A stretch of DNA of 64,000 nt from Minisyncoccota bacterium (GTDB lineage Bacteria; Patescibacteriota; Minisyncoccia; Phycocordibacterales; UBA1550): NCBI GenBank assembly GCA_041660105.1, contig JBAZWZ010000004.1:176-64175 (forward strand), read 5' to 3'. Positions 18,092 to 27,428 of the stretch are shown here, piece by piece. The notes beneath the pieces are model-generated. The model did no database searches, was not told where the DNA came from, and saw only the letters and a program-made list of their open reading frames with translations. Numbering within the stretch: the stretch's first letter is position 1; each line of letters begins with the position of its first letter. The position numbers were made by a program, and so were the translations under genes.

Positions 18092-18665
18092 AAACTTTTG
18101 TTGCCCATCGTTGAATCAAAATAAACCCTACCACAAAAATGAATGCTATCAAAGCAAAACGCAGAGCCTTGTGAGTTACTGCGAGTGCTGCGTGACCAAA
18201 CATAAAGCCTGCGACTGAGTATACGGCGATCCAAACAAACGAAGCGAGTGCCTCGGCCTTGATAAATGTTGCAAACCTAACCCGCATAATCCCCGACACA
18301 ATGAGCGTCGCATGATTTGCTCCGTAAATAAACTTTGAAAGCATTATTGACTGCAGTGGTTTCGTACGAAAATGTGGCAAAAAAGTATGTACGCTTTTTT
18401 CAGCATACGTGGCAAGTTTCGCAAACCTTTTTGAGCGCAGAGTAATCATACCGAGTCCATACCACAGAGCATCTCCTATCATCACCCCCGCAAAAGAAAC
18501 CCAGAGAACATCACCGAGGTCGAGCGCCTTGAGACGTGCGAGCATTCCAGCCACGATGAGGATTATCTCCCCTTCTATGACCATCGCAAAGAACAAGACC
18601 ACATAACCCCACGCACGGTGATCCTGCACAAGCTGAATAAAAACATCTATTGACTGCTCGCTCAT
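18048..18665 (-). CDS. DedA/SNARE-associated (VTT domain) membrane protein
   Basis: VLFFAMVIEGEIILIVAGML... consensus; ~205 aa with multiple TM helices. Confidence 0.75.
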   Translation of the reverse strand: MSEQSIDVFIQLVQDHRAWGYVVLFFAMVIEGEIILIVAGMLARLKALDLGDVLWVSFAGVMIGDALWYGLGMITLRSKRFAKLATYAEKSVHTFLPHFRTKPLQSIMLSKFIYGANHATLIVSGIMRVRFATFIKAEALASFVWIAVYSVAGFMFGHAALAVTHKALRFALIAFIFVVGFILIQRWATKVYEQRELEEDKNNNA

Positions 18666-18667
18666 GA

Positions 18668-19015
18668 TTAATTGTCAGAGAATATCGTATTCATTATGTA
18701 ACTAACGACGGATACAATCAGAGACCCATAGAGTGCAGGCATAAATCCTGCAACATAAAAACCTTTTATAAACGAGCCAACGCTCCAGAAAAGTGCTGCA
18801 TTAACCACAAATGAAAAGAGGCCAAAGGTGATAAGCGTAATAGGAAACGCAACAAGTAAGATAATCGGACGAACAACAGCATTCAAAACACCAAAGAGCA
18901 CCGCAACCAAAAGTGCGACTCCAAAAGCAGAAGACGCTATCGAAATCCCTGGAATAAACGACGGGAGCGCAAGTATAGTGAGCGCAACCACAATTAATTT
19001 TGCAATAAGTTTCAT
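18668..19015 (-). CDS. DUF360 / phage-holin-4_2-like small membrane protein
   Basis: 115 aa; four predicted TM helices; GVLNAVVRPII motif typical of DUF360. Confidence 0.55.
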   Translation of the reverse strand: MKLIAKLIVVALTILALPSFIPGISIASSAFGVALLVAVLFGVLNAVVRPIILLVAFPITLITFGLFSFVVNAALFWSVGSFIKGFYVAGFMPALYGSLIVSVVSYIMNTIFSDN

Positions 19016-19045
19016 GTTGTTTGAAGTTTATTTTAAATTAGTAAT

Positions 19046-20020
19046 TTAAGCAACCGCATTCGGCGCCGTGCGACCACTCAGCACCTCGATAATATTTGTC
19101 GCGACCAGCTCCGCCATCTTTGCGCGTGTCTCCTCGGTTGCAGATGCAATGTGTGGGGTCACCACCACATTAGGAAGAGTGAGGAGCTCGGGGGTGACCT
19201 TTGGCTCAAACTCAAACACATCGAGCGCTGCACCACGAATTGTCCCCGCTTTCAGTGCCTCTACAAGAGCAAGCTCGTCGACGATTGGTCCACGTGATGT
19301 ATTAATAAGCACAGCGCTCTTTTTCATCAATGCGAGACGCTCTGCATTTATGAGGTGGCGCGTTGTCGGGAGAAGTGGCACATGGATACTTACGACATCT
19401 GCTTGCGCAAGAACTTCTTCGGGTGTCTGATAAAAAGTAGCAGTACAAGCGCAATTAAACGCTTCGCTTGGTTTTAAATCTGTATAAACAACTTTCATTC
19501 CAAAACCTTTTTGCAAAATCCCCGCGACCTCAGACCCAATACGTCCTGCACCAATAAGTCCGAGTGTCTTCCCTTTTATATCAGTACCGAGAAGGAGCAT
19601 TGGCTCCCACGCAACAAATTTCCCTTCACGAATATATCGATCCCCTTCGGCAATGCGCGAAGAAAGCGCAAGGATGAGCGCCACCGTATGCTCAGCGACC
19701 GTCGAAGTGAGCACCTCGGGGGTGTTCGTCACTACGATTCCTCGTGCGTGCGCAGCCGTGACATCAATATTGTTATACCCCACCGCATAGTTTGCAATTA
19801 TTTTCACTGATGCGGGCATTACGGCAATCATTTCCGCATCCATGACATCCGTAAGGAGCGACACGACAGCATCATACTGCCCCGCGATGAGCGCAGCCTT
19901 GAGCTCATCGCGGGTGAGCACTCCGACCTTCTCACTCACGGTCACTTCATACCCAGCCTCGCGAAGCATTTCCTCAGCTCGCGACGGAATACGTCTCGTT
20001 ATGAATATTTTTTGTGTCAT
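19046..20020 (-). CDS. D-isomer-specific 2-hydroxyacid dehydrogenase (glyoxylate/hydroxypyruvate reductase-like)
   Basis: GxGxIG NAD-binding motif (GLIGAGRIGSEVAG) and the catalytic R/E/H arrangement. Start moved to MTQKIFITRR. Confidence 0.85.
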   Translation of the reverse strand: MTQKIFITRRIPSRAEEMLREAGYEVTVSEKVGVLTRDELKAALIAGQYDAVVSLLTDVMDAEMIAVMPASVKIIANYAVGYNNIDVTAAHARGIVVTNTPEVLTSTVAEHTVALILALSSRIAEGDRYIREGKFVAWEPMLLLGTDIKGKTLGLIGAGRIGSEVAGILQKGFGMKVVYTDLKPSEAFNCACTATFYQTPEEVLAQADVVSIHVPLLPTTRHLINAERLALMKKSAVLINTSRGPIVDELALVEALKAGTIRGAALDVFEFEPKVTPELLTLPNVVVTPHIASATEETRAKMAELVATNIIEVLSGRTAPNAVA

Positions 20021-20085
20021 ATACTCATTATTGTACCACGTAGATGCAGTGCACAATACTATTGCTGAAGTAGCAAAAATCTGTT

Positions 20086-21372
20086 ATGGTGCAAATATCA
20101 ACCACTCGTCGTCCGCGAGCCTTTTCAATTATGGTCGAAATATTTTTCAATAGTATCCTCTATGTATTTCTATTTTTCACCCTTTATCTCGAGGTGTTTT
20201 TTCTCATCACTTTTTTTGAAGAACGTCAAAAGCTAGGCATTAAAAAGCTCAAGGAGAAACTTTCACACTACCCCACAGTGACCATCATTGTCCCTTGTTG
20301 GAACGAAGAAACAACGGTCATCAAAACGGTTGAGTCTCTGCTTGGTCTCAACTACCCAAAGGACAAACTTGAGATTTCTGTCATTGATGATGGCTCAACT
20401 GATAACACTTGGAATGTTGTCCAGAAATTCAAAACTCATCCCCAAGTAAAACTATTCCATAAAGAAAACGGGGGTAAGCACACGGCAGTCAACTACGGCA
20501 TCGAGAATTCGCACGCAGAGCTGATCGGCTGTCTCGATGCTGACTCATTTGTAGACAAGGATGCACTTCACGAGATAGCTGCGGCTTTCAATGAAGATCC
20601 AAAAATGATGGCGGCGACTCCGATGCTCGTCGTACACGAGCCGAAAACAGTTCTCCAGAAAATGCAGAAGACAGAGTATCACGCTGGCGCATTTTTGAAA
20701 CGAATGCTCTCGCCTCTTGACGCCATCAATGTGACCCCCGGACCGTTTTCGATCTTTCGACGTGAAGTGTTTGAAAAAATAGGTCTTTACAAGAAAGCAC
20801 ACAACACAGAAGATATGGAGTTTGCGCTTCGTATGCAGGTCAATCATATGCGCATTCGCAACGTCCACACTGCACAAGTACACACAAAGACTCCTGACAC
20901 GCTCTACAAGCTCTACCGCCAGAGACTCCGCTGGGCGTATGGGATTATGAAGAACACACTCGACTATCGTTTCATGATGTTTCGGCGTGAATACGGCATC
21001 TTGGGGATGATCACACTTCCACTTTCCTTTTTTGGTGTTTTTATCTTCCTTTACAATTTCGGATTTCTTACGTTCCATATACTGAATGTAGTTATTGATA
21101 AAGCAATACAAATCAGTACTGTTGGTTTTGTGAACGCGCTCCCACACGCTGACTCATTCTTTTTCAATACTGACCTTATGACTATTCTTTCCTACGTTTT
21201 TATCGGGATGTCACTTGTTATTGTTTGGAATGGGGTAAAACTCGCCGAGGGCCGTTTTCGTCTAACTCCGGGTGTCTTTTATTTCATTTTCCTTTATGGT
21301 ATTGTTGCACCAATCTGGCTTATCCGCGCAGTACTCAACATAGTATTTTCCCGCACTACAAGTTGGCGTTAA
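20086..21372 (+). CDS. Processive family-2 glycosyltransferase (cellulose/chitin/NodC-like synthase) with N- and C-terminal TM segments
   Basis: GT-A domain TIIVPCWNEE...DDGSTDNT, DAD, and the QRLRW (QxxRW) motif of processive beta-glycan synthases, followed by several TM helices. Confidence 0.8.
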   Translation: MVQISTTRRPRAFSIMVEIFFNSILYVFLFFTLYLEVFFLITFFEERQKLGIKKLKEKLSHYPTVTIIVPCWNEETTVIKTVESLLGLNYPKDKLEISVIDDGSTDNTWNVVQKFKTHPQVKLFHKENGGKHTAVNYGIENSHAELIGCLDADSFVDKDALHEIAAAFNEDPKMMAATPMLVVHEPKTVLQKMQKTEYHAGAFLKRMLSPLDAINVTPGPFSIFRREVFEKIGLYKKAHNTEDMEFALRMQVNHMRIRNVHTAQVHTKTPDTLYKLYRQRLRWAYGIMKNTLDYRFMMFRREYGILGMITLPLSFFGVFIFLYNFGFLTFHILNVVIDKAIQISTVGFVNALPHADSFFFNTDLMTILSYVFIGMSLVIVWNGVKLAEGRFRLTPGVFYFIFLYGIVAPIWLIRAVLNIVFSRTTSWR

Positions 21373-21378
21373 ACCATC

Positions 21379-22098
21379 ATGAAATCCATTCGCGCAAAAA
21401 TAGATACAAAAAAATATGTATTTGCCTTCATTGTTACGGTGATGGTTTTCTTTGGGGCCCTTCTCATTAGCAATAGTTTCTCGGAAAAACGAATCGCGGA
21501 GATAAAAAACGTAGAGGACAAGATTTCTCTCGACATTCTCTCCTCTGAAACTCAGTTTGCGCTTCTTAAAGAATCATCTTGCAAGGCCATCGACCACTCA
21601 ACGACTTTTTCAGAAGAGCTTAGTTCTCTTTCTGCAAAACTTTCATATATGGAAAACAATCTCGGCGACGAGGATGCTGACGTGATAAGTCTCAAAAAAT
21701 ATTACTCGCTTTTGCAAATCAAGGACTATCTTCTCACTGCTCAGGTAGAGCAAAAGTGTGGCACCAAGCCTATCACTATTATCTATTTCTACTCCAACAA
21801 GGACGGAGAATGTGTAGATTGTGTCAGGGAAGGCTACGTCCTCACCAAGCTCCGCGAAGATTTCCCCGAGCTCCGTATTTACTCTTTTGACTACAACCTC
21901 GACCTTTCAGCGGTAAAGACGATGAAGTCAATCCAAGGTGTGAAGAATAAACTTCCCGCACTCATCATTTGGGACGAGCCATACTATGGATTCAAGACTG
22001 CTGAAGATATTGAGAAGATAATCCCTCAACTTAAAAAGCTTCGCGCAGCACAGGAGAAAGCAGCAGCCACAAAAGCCGCAACGAGTACCAAAAGGTAG
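21379..22098 (+). CDS. Membrane-anchored protein with C-terminal thioredoxin-like module (CVDC)
   Basis: N-terminal TM helix, then a coiled-coil linker, then IIYFYSNKDGECVDCV...LPALIIWDEP resembling a CxxC thioredoxin fold with a cis-Pro loop. Confidence 0.5.
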   Translation: MKSIRAKIDTKKYVFAFIVTVMVFFGALLISNSFSEKRIAEIKNVEDKISLDILSSETQFALLKESSCKAIDHSTTFSEELSSLSAKLSYMENNLGDEDADVISLKKYYSLLQIKDYLLTAQVEQKCGTKPITIIYFYSNKDGECVDCVREGYVLTKLREDFPELRIYSFDYNLDLSAVKTMKSIQGVKNKLPALIIWDEPYYGFKTAEDIEKIIPQLKKLRAAQEKAAATKAATSTKR

Positions 22099-22132
22099 AA
22101 TATAGAATATTGAATGTGGAAGTTGGAATAAA

Positions 22133-22166
22133 ACAAAAAAAATCCGCCCAATGAGCGGATTTTATA
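22133..22166. terminator. Bidirectional rho-independent terminator
   Basis: A8-ATCCGC-CCAATGA-GCGGAT-TTT. Confidence 0.6.
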
Positions 22167-22189
22167 TTTGTCGATACAACTTACGGAAG

Positions 22190-22612
22190 TTATGTGCCAA
22201 AGATATTTTTTGCCTCACCCTGCACAAACCGCAGGATTCGATCAAGGCTTCTCATTTCGGCTGTATTAAGCGGATGCTGTTCTATAGAAGTAGGCTGTGG
22301 GCAACGGAGCACAACCATAGGGACAGTCTTCATGAGCGCAACAGTGCCAAGAGTGTGTTTTTCTCCACAATCACGACACTTGATTTCGTGGTCCTGGATA
22401 GCTTCGTCGATTTCGCGCGTCAGGCGAGCATAATTAGCCTTTAGCTCCAAATACTCCCGAAGGAGTTCGTCACTTGACCTGAGACTCGTATACGTCTTTT
22501 GGCAATCACTAAGAAGTTCCTCTGTTTGCGTCATTTGAGATGCGAGGCTCAAAATCTTTTCCATGGTACGCTTTTCTGCTTCTTTCAAAAAAACATTGTT
22601 GCTTCCCATCAT
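22190..22612 (-). CDS. Hypothetical coiled-coil protein with putative zinc ribbon (CRDC...C)
   Basis: 140-aa ORF with typical protein composition, flanked by terminators on both sides. Confidence 0.4.
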   Translation of the reverse strand: MMGSNNVFLKEAEKRTMEKILSLASQMTQTEELLSDCQKTYTSLRSSDELLREYLELKANYARLTREIDEAIQDHEIKCRDCGEKHTLGTVALMKTVPMVVLRCPQPTSIEQHPLNTAEMRSLDRILRFVQGEAKNIFGT

Positions 22613-22692
22613 CTTCTCCTTGTGTGAACTTTCAAAATTTCCAATTTCGATACTACTCCCAAGTCACGCAAAACACAAGCCCCGCGAGCGTA

Positions 22693-22803
22693 GGGTGGAA
22701 TATGGAATACGGGATTTGGAATATAGAATAAATACGAAAAAAGGGTGATGCATAGCATCACCCTTTTTTCTAAATCCTAAATTCCATATCCCAAATTCCA
22801 CCC
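22693..22803. repeat. Imperfect ~35-bp inverted arms built from degenerate GGAAT(A/T)TGG units, flanking a central terminator hairpin (22735..22770)
   Basis: GGGTGGAATATGGAATACGGGATTTGGAATATAGAATA ... terminator GGGTGATGC-ATA-GCATCACCC ... TAAATTCCATATCCCAAATTCCACCC. A related GAATATAGAATA block sits at 22100..22130. Confidence 0.45.
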
Positions 22804-22805
22804 AA

Positions 22806-23336
22806 TTACTTCCCCGCCTCGATAAGTTCCATAAACTTCATAACCTCACCTGGATATGCTGGAATCACAGAACCATTGTAGTGGTGGAGAATCTCTTCGA
22901 TTGTTGCGTCATCGTAATAACGCGCAGTCTTAGGATTATTTCCCCCAAGATTCTTTGCTACGGTATCGATTGCTTCGTCAAAAGACTTGAACTTTATTTT
23001 ACATGACCCCCAACCAAATGGGTTGTTATGACAAGCAAACTTACCGCCCGTAGACTCCTTGATAGCGATAGCGGGCAAAAGACGCCAGTCAATATCATTA
23101 TCTAGGGCTACTTGGGCAAGCTTCGCACCGTAGCCCTCGAGGGGCATAGCGCGCTTTGCAAAGTATGCATCAATCTTTTGTGCATGCTCGGCCTGAAGGT
23201 CAATCTCAGAAATCATAGATTCCTGGACAGATGCTTTCAAGGCAAAGTTAGTATTAAACATCGCGAGAGGCGATCCAATAGTCAGAAACGGGAGAAGGAT
23301 CAAGCCGTGCGCGAACTGTATTGTTTTGTTTTTCAT
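22806..23336 (-). CDS. Secreted mannosyl-glycoprotein endo-beta-N-acetylglucosaminidase-like (glucosaminidase domain) protein
   Basis: Signal peptide; ...LLPAIAIKESTGG...NNPFGW glucosaminidase (FlgJ-type) motifs. Start moved to MKNKTIQ. Confidence 0.7.
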   Translation of the reverse strand: MKNKTIQFAHGLILLPFLTIGSPLAMFNTNFALKASVQESMISEIDLQAEHAQKIDAYFAKRAMPLEGYGAKLAQVALDNDIDWRLLPAIAIKESTGGKFACHNNPFGWGSCKIKFKSFDEAIDTVAKNLGGNNPKTARYYDDATIEEILHHYNGSVIPAYPGEVMKFMELIEAGK

Positions 23337-23684
23337 ATGGATTACCATATATTCTTCGCTCGCTCGGAAGTTAAACTTGGTAGTTTTACTTCTCTCGCTC
23401 GCTTGAATATAAGGATGGTGGTGTGTGCTCCACCGAACTCTGTGTCGGTCTCAGATAATAAAAAAGCACCTTACAAAGGCGCAATTAAACTTACTGAAGA
23501 TGTGTCAATACTATCACAATCGAGCCAAAAAGTCAATGATTTTTTGAGGTTTCAGACACCTATTTCTGTAAATATTGTCAATTTGGCCATATAATATAAT
23601 GGTAAATTTAGACAGGGCTTTACAAGTTCCATTTGGTATTTCGTAGTCAAAATCACGACTTTTGAGAAAATCCACTCCTCCACT

Positions 23685-24161
23685 CTAGCCCTCGGCACGC
23701 TCAGAAACTTCCTGAATGTCCATCTCCAAAATGCGGTCTTCCGCCCCAAAAAGTATCTTTCCTTGGAACTTTTTACCCGCGAAGAAGAGGGGCATCCAGT
23801 GCGGATCGTCAGGCCACATCTCAGAAAATGGTATCTCGTCGAGGAAAAACCACTTTGGGATCATCTCTTCACTCTCCATCGGCTCACCTTGGTGATCTCG
23901 GGCTCGAAAAATGTGCACTTCGAGGATTTCTGGGTTTCCTTGAAACTCAAACTCCATTAAGCCTGCTTTTTCAATGATTGGTACTTCTATCCCTGCCTCC
24001 TCCCGAAATTCCCTTCTAGCTCCCTCTTCAATGGTCTCCCCCGCCTCAACCTTCCCGCCGAAGCCATTCCAGCGCCCAGCTCCAAAGCCTCGCTTCTTCA
24101 TCCCCAAAAGGACCTGATTCTCGTTATGAAGCAAACACAATGTTAATACTTTTTTTGACAT
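23685..24161 (-). CDS. NUDIX hydrolase (MutT-like)
   Basis: Nudix box GGKVEAGETIEEGARREFREEAGI. Start moved to MSKKV to avoid overlap with the upstream gene. Confidence 0.8.
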   Translation of the reverse strand: MSKKVLTLCLLHNENQVLLGMKKRGFGAGRWNGFGGKVEAGETIEEGARREFREEAGIEVPIIEKAGLMEFEFQGNPEILEVHIFRARDHQGEPMESEEMIPKWFFLDEIPFSEMWPDDPHWMPLFFAGKKFQGKILFGAEDRILEMDIQEVSERAEG

Positions 24162-24162
24162 A

Positions 24163-24378
24163 TTATTCAACAAATTTAAACCTTGGCTTCGTCACACCTT
24201 CAACTACTACATTTTCCAAAAACATTCCGAGTGGGCGAACAAAGAGCCCGTGGTCACCATATAGTGCCTCATAGACAACCATGTCCTCCATAGTCTCACT
24301 ATGTCGAGCAACACCTACCACACGATATTGGTTACCTTTATAATGTTCGTATACGCCAAGCTGAATCATGTTTTGCAT
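24163..24378 (-). CDS. DUF1653-family small protein
   Basis: YEHYKGNQYRVVGVARHSET...YEALYG matches the DUF1653 consensus. Confidence 0.6.
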   Translation of the reverse strand: MQNMIQLGVYEHYKGNQYRVVGVARHSETMEDMVVYEALYGDHGLFVRPLGMFLENVVVEGVTKPRFKFVE

Positions 24379-24380
24379 AA

Positions 24381-24617
24381 TTATTTTATTCTATACTTTT
24401 GCACTGCGAGGATAAACCAAAGGGCACCTGCCACAACGCTTGCAATTGAAGCAAACCAGAGACTAAGCGATGCTTGCGTAAAAGAATAGAGTATAAGGAT
24501 AGCTCCCGTGGTAACACTTGTGGAGACAGCGGGTTTATCTTTTCCTAATACAGAAGGAAGGAGCGCTATCGCAAAAATTATTGTCCCTATTCCAAATACC
24601 CAATCTTGCCAAATCAT
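24381..24617 (-). CDS. Small two-helix membrane protein, unknown
   Basis: 78 aa; two hydrophobic helices. Confidence 0.4.
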   Translation of the reverse strand: MIWQDWVFGIGTIIFAIALLPSVLGKDKPAVSTSVTTGAILILYSFTQASLSLWFASIASVVAGALWFILAVQKYRIK

Positions 24618-24620
24618 AAT

Positions 24621-25277
24621 TTATTTTGTTAACCCCCACCCCTCATGAAAGAGTTCGCGCTCTTTTTTAAATACCACTTCTGCAATATGGAAAATAGTAT
24701 ACGTAATGAAGAATGCCGAAAGAACATCAATCGTGTAGTGCAAGTGTCCAAGAAGTGAGGTCACACCAAAAACAATTGACCACAAGACAAAAAGAAGGCG
24801 CAACCACTTCTCCTTCCAAAAGACGAGCGCCATCAAAAACGGGATCCCTGTGTGCCCCGAGAAAAAAAGATCTCCACCAAAAATAAATTTACTCGAGAAT
24901 GTTCCGAGGTCGAGGATAGTTTGAGACGGGAACGGCCCAATATGCGTAAGGGAAATAAAGAGCGCACGTGTGAGAATGAAAAGCGTCAAACTATGAAGCG
25001 TAAATGGAATATACTTCGGCTGAACAACAAGGAGTGATGTAACAACAATAATGAGAAAGAAAGGTCCATACACAAAGACAGTATCCACATTAAAAACAGG
25101 GATATTACTTAGGATGATATCCGTAACAGCGTTACTAGCTTGCTCTGTCGCATAGGTACCCGCATAATAATTCACAATCAGGCTCACAAAAAGAGCAAAG
25201 ATGGCGACGATGCTTGAGTATCGAAAAATAGGGTCAGCAGTAAATATCGAATACCTTTCTTTAAATGTTTTAAGCAT
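24621..25277 (-). CDS. PAP2_C / sphingomyelin-synthase-like integral membrane phosphotransferase
   Basis: GGDLFFSGHTG (CGDxxxSGHT-type) and HLHYTIDVLSAFFITYTIFH (HYTxDVxxxY...) motifs, six TM helices. Confidence 0.6.
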   Translation of the reverse strand: MLKTFKERYSIFTADPIFRYSSIVAIFALFVSLIVNYYAGTYATEQASNAVTDIILSNIPVFNVDTVFVYGPFFLIIVVTSLLVVQPKYIPFTLHSLTLFILTRALFISLTHIGPFPSQTILDLGTFSSKFIFGGDLFFSGHTGIPFLMALVFWKEKWLRLLFVLWSIVFGVTSLLGHLHYTIDVLSAFFITYTIFHIAEVVFKKERELFHEGWGLTK

Positions 25278-25288
25278 TATGAGAAATA

Positions 25289-26089
25289 TTATATCACAAA
25301 ATCTACAATTGCATCCTTGATACGCTGGAAGTAGCTCGTGTTCACAATGATAATATGATCACCGTCCTCGAGAATGACCATGCGAGCCTGAGGCATAATT
25401 TTTTCCATAGTAAATGAATTTTGTATGGGAAAAATTGAATCCTTCCTTCCGTGGATAAGTAGAACGGGGATTTCTATGTTTCCCAAAATATCCTCATAGT
25501 TGGCCTCAAATGCCTGACGCGAAGCAAAAAGATATGCACGTAAACCTGTATTTCGCACATCACTTAGTGTCATCGGAATGTTCCAATCTCGTGCCCCCTG
25601 ATGAGGCAAATAATCAAAATGACTACCCAATGATGCTCTAAATGGCAGAAGCTCGAGGACCCGCGACATCGTCAGAAGTGGTTTCACCAATCTTGCAATA
25701 GGTCGATCGACAGAGAAACTTGGGCTCATGAGGACAAGTTTCCCCAGCATCACTTGATGATGTTTTGCAAACTCAAGCGCAATAAGACACCCAAATGAAT
25801 GTGTGATAAGGGTAAATTTCCCTATGTTAAGGAGTTGAACGAGCTCAAAAAGATCGTCTGCAAAAGATGCAATTTTATATGCATGATATGTTGCAAATTT
25901 CTGAGACAACCCATGCCCCCGAAGATCAAACGTGAGAATATTATAATTATTTCCTAGAAATTCCTCATAAGGTAACCACGCTCCCGAGTGCCCCGAAAGC
26001 CCGTGCATGAAAACAATCGTTGGACGGCCATCCCTAAACTCATTTGTTCGGTAATATATACCTTTTGGTTCAAAAATATGTTCTTTCAT
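25289..26089 (-). CDS. Alpha/beta-hydrolase fold protein
   Basis: HGLSGHSGAW oxyanion region, THSFGC nucleophile elbow, C-terminal GDH. Confidence 0.8.
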   Translation of the reverse strand: MKEHIFEPKGIYYRTNEFRDGRPTIVFMHGLSGHSGAWLPYEEFLGNNYNILTFDLRGHGLSQKFATYHAYKIASFADDLFELVQLLNIGKFTLITHSFGCLIALEFAKHHQVMLGKLVLMSPSFSVDRPIARLVKPLLTMSRVLELLPFRASLGSHFDYLPHQGARDWNIPMTLSDVRNTGLRAYLFASRQAFEANYEDILGNIEIPVLLIHGRKDSIFPIQNSFTMEKIMPQARMVILEDGDHIIIVNTSYFQRIKDAIVDFVI

Positions 26090-27285
26090 TTCCGTATTGC
26101 GTGATAGTACACCTCTTCGAGTTTCTCCACGCTTCTATTAATATCAAACTGCTTACTATTTTCGAGACTTACTTGTCCCATTTTTTCGCGAAGCCCTACA
26201 TCTGTGATAAGGCGGAGCGCCTGTTCACCAAGATGCTCTGGGTTTGCTGTCTCAAAAAGAAATCCGTTCCCGTCCACAAAATATCGTGAAGCACTCATTT
26301 CCGAATCAGAAATGAGTATTGGCTTACCACACGCCATCGCTTCGAGGACGACCATGCCTTCGAGCTCCGCAAATGAAGGAAGTACGAAAATATCCCCTGC
26401 ATTATATGCGAGGATTTTATCCTCATCGGTCACAAGACCTAGGAACGTAACATGCTTACGTAGTCCAAGGTCGTCGACGAGTGCTTCAAGCTTGGGGCGC
26501 AGATGCCCACCGCCAACAATCATCGCGTGAGTTTTTGGATGTTTCTTGAGGATATGTGGCATCGCCAGAATAAGTGTGTCGACAGATTTCTCAGGGAAAA
26601 GCCTGCCTACAAAAACAAGGTTGACCGTGTCTTCTGGGAGACCATAGCGCTTGTAAAAGTCACCGACTTCCCTAGGACTAAACTCACAAACATTAATACC
26701 ATTACTAATCACCATCGAAGGCTTCCCTTCATCGGTGAGATGGTCGAGGAGATTGTACGCCATTTCAGACGGATAAATAATTGTTTCCGCCTTACTGTAA
26801 AGCCACGCGAGATATTGATTCCACGCACGATACAGAAGCGGACGCACGGGTGCAGGCATATCCATGAATAAATTTTCTGGCTGAGAATGAGAATGCGCAA
26901 CAATTTTTATCCCCAGCGCGCGAGCAGCCTTCACGGTGATGATAGCGGCTGACATTGGAAGGATGATGTGCACCACATCAATCTGCTCATCCTGTAAAAC
27001 TTTTTTTACTTCGTTAACAGTAGGAAAAGCAGCGTACCAACCACCAGATTTTGGGATAGGGACACTACGAAAGCGATACGCCTTCATCCCATGATGCTCA
27101 TCGTGTTCTCTGTTTTCTTTTGACTTCGCTCCTATAAAGATTACGTGGTGCCCTCGACTTTGCAAGAGTCGCGCAAAACGCGTTGTAGAGACGATTACGC
27201 CCGCTTTGTAGTCACCGAGTGGGTCGCACACCATTGCAATGCGAAGTTTTCTTGCCCCGTTAGATTTTTCCTGTTCAGTATCCAT
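26086..27285 (-). CDS. GT4-family (Pfam glycos_transf_1) glycosyltransferase
   Basis: GT-B fold with the C-terminal EGMVVLEAMACGKPIL motif (E-x7-E region). Confidence 0.85.
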   Translation of the reverse strand: MDTEQEKSNGARKLRIAMVCDPLGDYKAGVIVSTTRFARLLQSRGHHVIFIGAKSKENREHDEHHGMKAYRFRSVPIPKSGGWYAAFPTVNEVKKVLQDEQIDVVHIILPMSAAIITVKAARALGIKIVAHSHSQPENLFMDMPAPVRPLLYRAWNQYLAWLYSKAETIIYPSEMAYNLLDHLTDEGKPSMVISNGINVCEFSPREVGDFYKRYGLPEDTVNLVFVGRLFPEKSVDTLILAMPHILKKHPKTHAMIVGGGHLRPKLEALVDDLGLRKHVTFLGLVTDEDKILAYNAGDIFVLPSFAELEGMVVLEAMACGKPILISDSEMSASRYFVDGNGFLFETANPEHLGEQALRLITDVGLREKMGQVSLENSKQFDINRSVEKLEEVYYHAIRK

Positions 27286-27428
27286 AATCGTTTTTATAAA
27301 TTATCAGAAGTTACATTTTTCTACCACAATTTGTAGATAAAAATCTGTTGGGGTTATTGGTATCCATATATAGTCGTTCTTATTAACCAATTTTACCACA
27401 ACTACCCCAATAGTCGACGTGCAGGATC

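Noticed and set aside
22540-22748. Plus-strand ORFs 22540..22731 and 22563..22748 (...EYGIWNIE / EYGIRDLEYRINTKKG)
   Set aside because: They translate the GGAAT-rich degenerate repeats and a terminator hairpin, so they are not genes.
23349-23684. Possible tRNA or other small RNA in the 336-nt intergenic region, and in other long spacers (27286..27428, 37727..37887, 31570..31868)
   Set aside because: I found no tRNA hallmarks (T-loop GTTCGAATCC-like, acceptor/CCA context) or rRNA signatures by eye. This remains unverified without tRNAscan/Infernal.
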